NCBI RefSeq assembly: GCF_032062105.1 | Contig: NW_026920828.1 | Coordinates: forward strand, 186,001-250,000 | DNA length: 64,000 nucleotides | Source: Saccostrea cucullata | Lineage: Eukaryota | Direction: 5' to 3' | In this document: piece after piece, positions 1-12,270 of the stretch | How positions within the stretch are numbered: the first letter of the stretch is position 1 | Layout: every line of letters begins with the position of its first letter | Notes under the pieces: model-generated | Told to the model about the DNA's origin: nothing | Seen by the model: the letters and a program-made list of their open reading frames with translations, nothing else | Database searches by the model: none | Position numbers and translations under genes: made by a program

Positions 1-3000
1 ATCGTGTGATGATAGGACGCTTGAGTGAGTCCAGACAGATAGCACATTCCTCGTCCGATCCCGAGTTCAGCACCATCATCAGAGTGTCCACCAACTTCTG
101 TCTCAGGGCGTCGTTCATCCCACCACTGGATTCAGCCTCATCTTAAACACATCAAATAGTTCTGAGAGGTCCAAAGATGTTTTAATTTCACAGACTGTTA
201 CCAACATAACTTATAATTCTTACAAATAGAAGTTCCTTCTTGAATCCATCAATGATTTCTCCCCTCTCTCTGTGTGGTCCTATGATGGTACTTATCTTAC
301 TGATGGTTTCAAACCTTTATCTCATGATTTCCTCTCATCCATGTGTTTCTTCTCTGATGGTGGTTTATTGCATATAATTTCCTCCCATCTTATATATATG
401 GACTTCCACTCTCTCTGTGTGGTGGTTTGTGGTGGTTTATTACTGAAGGAGTACATACCTTTTATCCAACCTGTTGTGTGTTTGGTTTATTATCCCCGAG
501 CCTTGGCGAGGGGACTTCCAAACACACTGTTTGGTGGTCTATTGAGTTGGATAAAAATCATATCAAACCACAACTCTCTCTGTGTGAGATTCTTTTTATC
601 ACATATTTATGTGTATTTTGTCTTTATTTTTATTACTGAACGTCCTTTACTGGTTACTCTCTCTGTGTGGTGGTCTTTTAACGTAATAAATAATATTACG
701 TAGAATGAAACAGTTCGTACAAAATTAAAAGAAAGAAAGTATTTCAACTCATATTTATTTAATTCATGAATGATAATTTGTTAAAATATATCAAATAAAG
801 TGAAATTTGACAAATTAAGTCATTCTCCCCATCATACACATGTATTTGTTTATTTACGTTACGTCACGCGGCGTAGGAACACATAGTGTTGATACGAAAA
901 CGATATCACATGAGCTATATCAACGGGATAAAGGTAAAAATATGTGATAAAATTCCCTACCATCTTCCTATCTTACGTATAATTTCCTCCCTTCCTCCTA
1001 TCTTATATAATTTCTTCTCCTCCTATCTTACAAATAATTTCCTCCCCTCCTTCTCCTGTCTTACATGACTTCCTCCCCTGCTTCTTTCTTACTTATGATT
1101 TCCTTCATGGCAGCTGCCGCCTTGGCCACCAGAAGAGGATGACAACACATCTGTCTGAGTCTCATCAGAATAGCCAGCACGTCTCCATAGTGATGCAGCA
1201 GAGTGCCTTGTTGGAAATATCTGTAATTAAATTGACAAAAGGGTCATGGGTCACAACTTTCTACTGAGTACTTTGATTAGAGAAAAGCAGAAATTAGTTC
1301 AGTACAAACAGTTGAAATATTGACACATGTTTACGATAAAACATTGTTTCATTCTGTATGGCATCATACACTGACTTACCTACTGACAATGATTTTGCCT
1401 TCATTCTGCATGGCCTCATACACTTACCTACTGACAATGATTTTGCCCTCATTCTGCATGGCCTTGTACACTTACCTACTGACAATGATTTTGCCTTCAT
1501 TCTGCATGGCCTTGTACACTTACCTACTGACAATGATTTTGCCTTCATTCTGCATGGCCTTGTACACTTACCTACTGACAATGATTTTGCATTCATTATG
1601 CATGGCCTTGTACACTTACCTACTGACAATGATTTTGCCTTCATTCTGCATGGCCTTGTACACTTACCTACTGACAATGATTTTGCCTTCATTCTGCATG
1701 GCCTTGTACACTTACCTACTGACAATGATTTTGCCTTCATTCTGCATGGCCTTGTACACTTACCTACTGACAATGATTTTGCCTTCATTCTGCATGGCCT
1801 CGTACACTTACCTACTGACAATGATTTTGCCTTCATTCTGCATGGCCTCGTACACTTACCTACTGACAATGATTTTGCCTTCATTCTGCATGGCCTTGTA
1901 CACTTACCTACTGACAATGATTTTGCCTTCATTCTGCATGGCCTCGTACACTTACCTACTGACAATGATTTTGCCTTCATTCTGCATGGCCTTGTACACT
2001 TACCTACTGACAATGATCTTGCCCTCATTCTGCATGGCCTCGTACACTTACCTACTGACAATGATCTTGCCCTCATTCTGCATGGCCTCGTACACAGATC
2101 TTTCTTCCTCTGACAGCTTGACGTGCTCCACAAACACATTCCTCTGACAATGATTTTGCCTTCACCTTCATGGCCTTGGTTCACTTACCTACTGCAATGG
2201 CTCCCATTAAATGCTGTACACTTACCTACTGACATTTAAATTGATTTTGCCCATTAAATGCTGAACACGCCTACAGCACCAATACAGCATTTAAATTGTA
2301 TTATACAGGGCGATGGCTGCCCATTAAATGCTGAACACGCCTACAGCAATACAGCATATAAATTGTATTATACTGCATGGCTCCCATTAAATGCTGAATA
2401 CCTACAGCACAATACAGCATTTAAATTGTATTATACAGGGCGATGGCTCCCATTAAATGCTGAACACGCCTACAGCAATACAGCATATAAATTGTATTAT
2501 ACAGGGCGATGGCTCCCATTAAATGCTGAATACGCCTACAGCACCAATACAGCATATATTTTGTATTATACAGGGCATGGCTCCCATTAAATGCTGAATA
2601 CGCCTACAGCACCAATACAGCATATAAATTGTATTATACAGGGCGATGGCTCCCATTAAATGCTGAACACGCCTACAGCAATACAGCATATAAATTGTAT
2701 TATACAGGGCGATGGCTCCCATTAAATGCTGAATACGCCTACAGCACCAATACAGCATTTAAATTGTATTATACAGGGCGATGGCTCCCATTAAATGCTG
2801 AATACGTCTACAGCACCAATACAGCATTTAAATTGTATTATACAGGGCGATGGCTCCCATTAAATGCTGAATACGCCTACAGCACCAATACAGCATATAA
2901 ATTGTATTATACAGGGCGATGGCTCCCATTAAATGCTGAACACGCCTACAGCAATACAGCATATAAATTGTATTAACACATGGCTCCCATTAAATGCTGT

Positions 3001-6000
3001 TTCACGCCTACAGCAATACAGCATATAAATTGTATTATACAGGGCGATGGCTCCCATTAAATGCTGAACACGCCTACAGCAGTAATACATCAATTAAATT
3101 GTATTATACAGGGCGATGGCACCCATTAGATGCTGAACACGCCTACAGCAGTAATATAGCATTTAAATTGTATAATACACAAAGAAACATGGTTATAATG
3201 AAGAAACCTGTGAAAACCTTTAATTTTTCAAGGAAGAGCAACTGATAGAATTCCAAGTGAAACAAATTTTGAAAGTGCATGTTAATGTTGCTTTGCTGTT
3301 CTTAGCAGAATTATTTTTACAGAATGAAATAACGTGAGTAAAGTTTGACCATTACTTGATAGCACTTTCATTTCCCTGCTCCAGCGGTCTCTCTATGGCT
3401 CTGGTCCACCACTGTCTGTCAGTGAACGGACTGATCTGGAGAAAGTTTACCAGGGACCAAAGGTCTTTTATAGAGTTCTGAATGGGTGTTCCTTTAAGTA
3501 ATACAAGTATATACAGTAGCCAAAAAAATAAGAGATGTTACATATCACATAGTTTGTGAACAGGCTGGATTCAACATTTAATATGAACAATGTGCATTTT
3601 TCCGTATAGGAAAATATAATGTATATGTAGAATTCTTTGCAACGTCAAACATAACATTGTATTTCTTTACTTTGAATAATTGAGAAACAAACAGGTATAA
3701 CAATGAATTTGTGAGTAATTATATGTTGCTATATTTTTTACCTGTAAGAACCCACTTCCTCTCTGCTTGTAAGGCATATATAGCCTTGGTTTGTTGGGCA
3801 TTGGGATTTCTGATAGCATGCCCTTCATCCAGGACTATCCTCAGCCATTTCACCTTCTGCAAAGCTCCATCACCCTGAAAATAAACTTGTCATGGTCAGC
3901 TCGTACATTGAATTGTTTTGCATTACTTCTATGCTTTGTCTTACAACCATCAATTTTCTAGTGCAATCAAGCAATCATAATATATCCTAGAGTTCTGTAA
4001 TCTGGTGAGTACTTACCTTGGCATCACATGAGAGAGTGGAGTAGGTGGTGAGCACGATGTCTTGTTTGGATAACACGGCTGGATCGCGGATTCTGCTGGA
4101 TCCGTAGTACGTGTAGATATCCAGGTGGATGTTCTCGTGAATATGATCCTCCAGCTGATCCTAGACTCAAGTAACATCAGGGATTTACATCAACACAAAA
4201 AGATTTGTCAAAGAAAAATGTATTGCGGAAAACAAAATGTTAATATTGAAATTTATATCCGAGTTTGTCCGTAAAATTCTATTTAAAATGCAAAATCAAA
4301 GGTACATGTATAAGCAACAAAATTTTTTAACACAAATTCTCTTGACACCTAACTTACAAGCCAGTTACTTAACACAGACAATGGACAGACAATGAGTGTG
4401 GCCCGGGCTCCTGTTGTCGGGGTTCTTCCTGAGAACTTCCCACATTTACTGCTCCCTGGTAAAGACATACACAAGACATATAAGACTTATAAGGCTTCCT
4501 TGCAATAGTTTTTCATTGTTAAAATTAAAATAAGAATTATTTTTTTACAAACACGTTGAGTTCAGTCTAATATTGGGATCTTCACAAATTTGTTTCAACT
4601 TTAAAACTATGAGTATTAAACTAACAGTTGTTTATCAATTTCACTATAAAGATTATTTACTGTGAGTTCTCCAGACTGCTTACAATATACATACCTGGTG
4701 TTGAGCAAGAGGGGAGTTCCTCAGGTCCATGTATATCAGGTAGTTCCTCACCTGGAATATACATGTAACAAACAAGTAGGTCAAGGTGAGTACATTCCAA
4801 GTCTATATTCAAAAGCTTCACATGATCAGATATGCTCTTGCTGTATGTACATACTACATTACTGAACAAATTGTCAATTGATATAAAACCATGTTATTTC
4901 AATGAATTCAAAATACGGTCATAAAAATGAATAAAGAGGAAAAACTTTTGAAGTTCCCCCTATAGGAGTCCTGTTACAATATTCTCTGGCAGACCTCATA
5001 TCATCTTCTCAGTGTTTTCCCTTTATTTCAAAGTAAAGGGTTAGAGATCAGTTGTAACAGGCAAGGGGCTAATGGTTTATGAACAAAATCTCTGTGGACC
5101 TTACAACAATTTTTTATTTCAAAGCGGCTTTTTTTTACATTAACTGTGTTTCAGGGAAAAACTTTAATTTTAAACCTTGCAAAATCTGCTTTGTTTTGTA
5201 GTAGACTGTCCAGGTAAAGTAGGTAAGGATGGGTCAGGAAGGTCATCTGTAAAGACAAATCAAAGGGCAAGAAAACAAGGACATCTAGTCCAATACTTCT
5301 TTTTTTATTTTAATTTGTCCCATTGTTACAATTGTTTCAAAAGATTTGAACAAATTTGAAATTTCATTCTGACAAAATTTTTCCTTGACATCTCATTATG
5401 GCCAAATATAGGTATTACTGTATGATTTGTGATTATATTTTCCCCACATTATTTTTTCACAATTGTTGATAAGCTTTCCAGAAAAAAATTTCCAATCTGA
5501 GACTAAAGTGCTGTGTTAATAAAATGGGGGAAAAAAATTCAATTCACATTTTTTTTTTTACCCAAAGAATCATCTTGATTAAACTGCTTTGCAATAACAC
5601 TTGGGGGCAGCTTTAAAATTTTTAGTATCTTTAAAAAATAGTCCATCAAATACTTGAAGTGAGAGGGAATTTTCAGTACCAGGATTATATGAACACACTA
5701 CACTTACCTGATACAGATGTAATTCTCATTTTCTTTGGAGTCATCATCACTGGCTGACCCTGTACAGTAATCAAAATAGACAATGAAAAGTCAAACATCA
5801 AATAATCAAAGAATTTTGACTTAAAGATCTCTTAACTATCTTAATCAAAACAAATAACTGAGTAAAACTTACAGGAACAAATGGCCTGGCCTCTGGGTTC
5901 AGTCCTGATGTACTGGGAAAACTGTAAAACATTTGTATGAGATTATTATCACATCAAGTGTGCCATAAAATGTTATACAGATACTGAATACAAAGAAAGC

Positions 6001-9000
6001 TGCAGTATCATAGAAATTGCAGCAATGCAGCATTCATTTGTTGAAAAACAAAAAAAGTACTGTCGAATAATTAAATAAATTTCTTATTATAAAAGAACAA
6101 ATTGTTTAAATATGATAAAACTTTTTATTTGCTGAGGCTGTTGGTATCCTCTCCTCTCCTTTGTTTTTCTCATTTTCTGTTTTTGGTTTAGACTCTACTT
6201 GTGAAGAAACCTGTCCCAAGTTTGTTCCAATGACTGTCCTCTCTGTAAAATATAGACACAAAAATGCAATATTTGTTCACCAAAGTCTATGCAATTTAAC
6301 CTAACAATTTTAATACATACTTCTGAAATAATTTTAATCCTGTTTACATGTTAGATAACAACTATGAACTTTGATATGTGATTTCACAATACTTTTTCCA
6401 TGGTTATGATCATCTGTATTAATTGCTGGTTTCATTTAGTACATGTATCTTTGTTTATGCTTATATCCTACATCTGTGGGTCCACTTTTCAAAGCAACAT
6501 TCATCTACTTGCATGCATAAGTAAGAACATATCCACTTGATTATTTCCCATCTTCCAAGAGAGCAATAGGATTACCTGTAAATGACAACTGTGTTCCACA
6601 ATTGGAACAAAACTTCTGAGGAGGGTAGACAATGTTCTCACAAATTTTCCCCTCATCTATTTTGTTGAGACACATCTTGGCATTCTCTATAAATATGTCT
6701 GGGTTAATCTTCCATCCACACATGGTACAAAACTTAAACTCTTTCTCCAGCTTTTGTCCACATCCTTTTCCCTCCGTTTTCAACTTTGGGCACAAGACTG
6801 CATTAATTTGCTCATTATCTGAAAAATCAAAACACTGCATATAATTCCATAATAAAACTTTTAATCTTGAAATCTTTTCCCCTATTCAAGTTTCAAACTA
6901 GAAATATGTCCATAGGACATGAATGCCCCGCCAAGAGTATATTAGTAAAGCAAGATGAAAATTTGTATGTGTATAAAATTTGATCAGAATATCTTGAATA
7001 GTGATGCAGTTGAATTGCTTACATTAGTATATATCAGCATGTGAAGTTTGACACTAATTTCATAAAAGTGAGGTCAAGGTCAAAGGATTTGCCAAGGTCA
7101 AAAACTGTTGATTCAGTTGAAAAGCTCTCATCAGTAAGTATCAGCACATGAAGTTGAAAAAATATTATGGTTTCTTTAAAACTGACTTAAACACAAATGG
7201 ATAAAAGTGAGGTAAAGGTCAAATGAAAGGTCACGGTAAAAAAATGATGATACACTTGAAATGCTTACCTCAATATCTATCAGCTTATGACATTTGACAC
7301 TAATTTAGGAAAAGTGAGGTCAATGTCAAAGCAAAGGTCCAGGTCAAAAATGTTGATGCAGTTGCATATTTCTCATCAATATGTATCAACAACATATCAA
7401 GTTTGATAAAAATACAATTTGAGAAAAATGACGTCAAGGTCAAATAAAAGGTCAAGGTCAAAATTGTTGATGCAGTTGAATTGCTTACATCAGTATGTAT
7501 CAGTATATGAAGTTTGACACTGATTTAGGAAAAGTGAGGTCAAAGGTCAAAGCAAAGGTCAAGGTCAAAAATGTTGATGCAGTTGCATATCTCTCAACAA
7601 TATGTATCAACATATGAAGTTTGATAAAAATATCTAGAAAAGATATCTTTAATTAAAACTGACTTAAACACAAATTGATAAGAGTGAGTTCAAGGTCAAA
7701 TAAAAAGTCAAGGTCAAGATTGTTGATGCAGCTGAATTGCTTACATCAGTATGTATCAGCATATGAAGTTTGACACTGATTAAGGAAAAGTGAGGACAAG
7801 GTCAAAGGTAAGGTCAAATGTTGATGCAGTTGCATATCTCTCATCAAAATGTATCAACATATGAAGTTTGATAAAAATATCTAGAAATGATGTCTTTAAT
7901 TAAAACTTAAACACAATTAGATAAAAGTGAGGTCAAGGTCAAATAAAAGATCAAGGTCAAAATTGTTGTTGCAGTTGAATTGCTTACATCAGTATGTATC
8001 AGCATATGAAGTTTGAAAAAGATTTAAGAAAAGTGGGGTCAAGGTCAAAGGAAAGGACAAGGTCAAAAATGTTGATGCAGTTGCATATTTCTCATCAATA
8101 TGTATCAACATAAGAAGTTTGAAAAAATATTTTGAAGGTATCTTTAAAAGTAAGCGAAACACTAATTAAAGATAAGTAAGATCAAGGTCAAAGAAAAGGT
8201 TGATGCAGTTGAATAGCTCTCATCAGTATGTATCAACATTATTATTATCATCTTGAATGGTATGTTTAAAACTGAGTTAAACACCTATTTAAGAAAGGTG
8301 AGGTCAGGGTCAAAGGAAACATCAAGGTCAAAAATGTTGATACAGTTGCATACTCTCATCAATATGTATCAGCATATGAAGTTTGATGAAAATATCTTGG
8401 ATAGTTCTTTGAAACTTAGCTTTGAACAGAGCTAAACGCAAAGTGTGACGGAAGGACAGACGGAAGGATGGAAGGGCAGAAGGACGGAAGACGGACATGA
8501 CAAACACTATATGCCCCGGCCATATTCATGGCGGGGCATAAAATTTCTTAAAAGATAGTCATACCAGCATTAGTTACAGTCCCTCCAGTACTTTGATTTC
8601 CTGTTTCTGCTACACAAGATGCCTTATCTTTACCATCTGCAATGGGGCTGCTCTGATTCCTTTCTGATTCTTGTACCTTATTGTCGCAAATAGGTGCCCC
8701 CTCTTCCCTCCGTGCTACAGGTGTCCCCTCCTCCATCTGTGGTACAGGTGCCCCCTCTTTCCTCAGTGGTACCTGCTGCCCCCTGCCTCCACCCTCTACC
8801 AAGACACTGCCAATCTTGGTAGTGTCCTCCCCCTTAAGATCCTGTTGATCTTTTCCTATATCCCCTGTAGAGATTTTGTCAATCCTTATCGTGTCCTCAA
8901 TCAGTTTATCCATCTGTCCCTCACATTTCTGTCCACCAGATTTTAGGAGTTGTTTCCCCTTCCCTTTACCACGTCTTTGACCTTTTCTTGCTGTTTCAAT

Positions 9001-11471
9001 CTGCAGACAATTTTCTTTGTCTATCTGGACTACTTTAGCTATAATCATTGAAAGTGAAAATCATATTTAGAATTCAGGTATGCATGTACCTAGAATGAGA
9101 AACAGTTGCATGGCAAATGTATTTTCTGTAAACATGAAACAAGAGATGTTTATTAAACATGTATGCCCCCTCCCTCTGAACATTACATGCAAAGAAAATG
9201 AACAGAAACTGTAAATAATTGGAATTTTTCTAAGTCAAAGAGTATGACTTTGTCAAAAATTGCTCAATAGTTCCAAAGAAAACTTGACTTATATATTCTA
9301 ATGATAAATCTATACCTAATTTCATTCCAATATGTGTATCTTTACCTCAATATTTCAGTTTTATCTAGGTTCTATTTTCTTTGAGATTATAACATTTGAC
9401 ATCATTGATAACTCTTTAATTCCGAGTATAAGTACCTCTTTTCATTGGACTCTCTACGACTTCTTTATCCTCATCCTCACTACTGTAGGTATATCTTGTG
9501 GGCTTCTTCACAGTTCTACAGATCAACAAAATTAGTACATTATCATGTCTAGTCTAGAAATTATATAATTGATTCCACTCCTTAATCCTCACAATGTCAT
9601 GGTTTTGTGTTTTCGGAACTCCACACAAACCCCTGACATGTCACTATTTAAAAGCTGGGCAAGAAAGCTATTATTTTAACTGTTCCTAGTCTAGGACTGG
9701 AACCAATCAGAATTCAGCTATTATTGGAGGTGTTTTGCTATCAAATATGACAATATTTGTGGACAATAAATATACCCTTTTTTCAGTGGATGGCACTGCA
9801 GCTCTCTGGCCAACCATCCCAATGACCAGCTAGCTACAGATCAGCAGCTAACCGTTTCATATATGCTTGGATCATAGACAATATCACATAGAGGTTTGAC
9901 TTCATTTTCATACAGGGTCAGAACATTATGATTACTAACAGACAAGTGAAAATATTAAAATCATTGTTTTCTTTCGTTCTCAAGGTCATGTGAAACAATT
10001 GTACCTTCTAGGTCTCCTACTTGCAATGGGAGATGCAATTTTTTCCAGTTTCTTTGCCTCTTTTGCTAACTTGAATTCTGGATCCTCTTTTTTTAACATG
10101 ACTTGCTCATCATTTCTATCTACAAAATTGAAATACTAAAAGTAAAATTCATATACATTTACCCAGTATTAAAATCATAGACAAAATTGTCTCTGCTGTG
10201 ATATACGTGAGTGAACTGCCAACTCATGTATGTGCTGATACAGGAGGGACTGACTCAGTCAGATGTATTATTTATTGCAGTAAACCTTGTTGTAGATGTT
10301 ATGCAACAATTTTTAATCAAGGATCACATGATAACATTGCCTCAATCATACATTTACTTAGCATGCTTTTAATCATTGCTGAACATGCCTGTCTACCTTC
10401 TCATGTGCTGAAAATTCCCTGCCTACCTTCTAATGTATGAACATGGCTTTACCTTCCTCCTCAGACTCCTCCTCCGCAAGGTCAGTGCTGTCCTCGTCCG
10501 TGATGTCGTCCACAGCGTTGTTGTTGTACCGCGACAGGTCACCTAGAGTTTTACGTTTTCTACTGAATGATGGTTTCTTCTCATCTAACATCTCGCTGGG
10601 CTCCCCTTTGATGACAAAGGACTTCTTAGCTTTACTTGGAGTGCTTTTATAATCCTCTATTCTCTGAAATCAATGAAAGGGAAAGTTGTTTCAATGCTGT
10701 TTGTTAGAAATAATGGTCCATATCAGGGTTCGACACTAACTTTTTTACCTTGGTGGACCGCAGGTCCACTCGTCAAAAATTATTGGTGGACCTTCTCAAT
10801 ATATGGTGGACCTTTAAAAAATGCTTTAATTAATGAATGAATCATTACATAAGACATTAATTAAAACTACCTTTAATATATATACGATTCCAGTCAGCCT
10901 AATAAAGCATAAATCTAACCAGTCAACAGAATCAAATCGATATGGGACTAGTCAGATTTTTTTCAAGAATATTGTAAAACTTAAAAAACAAGAGGCCCAG
11001 GGGCCACAGCGCTCACCTGAGCACATCGGGCTTGAATTTACTCCCCCCCCCTTTCAGGCGTTCATCATTTGAACAAACTAGAATCTACACTACCTGAGGA
11101 TGATTCCATATAAATACCCCGGGTATCACTAATCATAGCTTTGAAGTACTTGAAAAGAAGATTTTAAAAGGTTTCTCTATATATCCCTATGTAAAACTTG
11201 GGTAGGCCATTTTGGCCCCACCCTATCCCCAGGGCCGGGGGTCATGATTTGAAAAAACTTGAGTCTACACTACCTGAGGATGGCTTCCCTATCAGTTTCA
11301 TCTTTCCTGGCCTAGTGGTAATTGAGAAGGATTTTTAAAGATATTTCCTATATATTCCTAGGTAAAACTTAGGTTGGCCATTTTGGCCCCATCCTTGCCC
11401 TGGGGGTCATGATTTGAACAAACTTGAATCTACACTACCTAAGGATGATTCCACACAATTTTCATCTTTCC

Positions 11472-11505
<34 letters not shown>

Positions 11506-11637
11506 GATTTTTCCTATATATTCCTAGGTAAAACTTGGGTCGGCCATTTTGGCTCCATCCTTGCCCCGGGGGTCATGATTTGAACAAACTTGAATCTACA
11601 TTACCTGAGGATGATTCCACATGAGTTTCATCTTTCC

Positions 11638-11671
<34 letters not shown>

Positions 11672-11805
11672 GATTTTTCCTATATATTCCTATGTAAAAC
11701 TTGGGTCGGCCATTTTGGCCCCACCCTTGCCCCGGGGGTCATGATTTGAATAAACTTGAATCTACACTACCTGAGGATGATTTCACATGAGTTTCATCTT
11801 TCCTA

Positions 11806-11837
<32 letters not shown>

Positions 11838-12047
11838 GATTTTTCCTATATATTCCTATGTAAAACTTGGGTCGGCCAGTTTGGCCCCACCCTTGCCCCA
11901 GGGGTCATGATTTGAACAAACTTGAATCTACACTACCTGAGGATGCTTCCACATGAGTTTCATCTTTCCTGGCCCAGCGGTTCTGGAGAAGAAGATTTTT
12001 TAAAAATGCCATTAATTTTTAACAAATTCATGATTATCTCCCCTTGA

Positions 12048-12092
<45 letters not shown>

Positions 12093-12110
12093 TTAAGGAT
12101 ACTTTGTGCA

Positions 12111-12172
<62 letters not shown>

Positions 12173-12208
12173 ACGACAATGACTACAACGACGACGACAA
12201 CAACGACA

Positions 12209-12270
<62 letters not shown>

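Noticed and set aside
272-703. 143-aa + strand ORF in an HLTF intron
   Set aside because: Non-ATG start, low-complexity degenerate CTCTCTGTGTGG repeats, and no domain similarity.
1294-2184. Three long overlapping ORFs (296, 275 and 251 aa) of repeated 16-mers
   Set aside because: Artefacts of a 48-bp tandem repeat. The biologically relevant frame is the HLTF frame, which has a stop in each unit.
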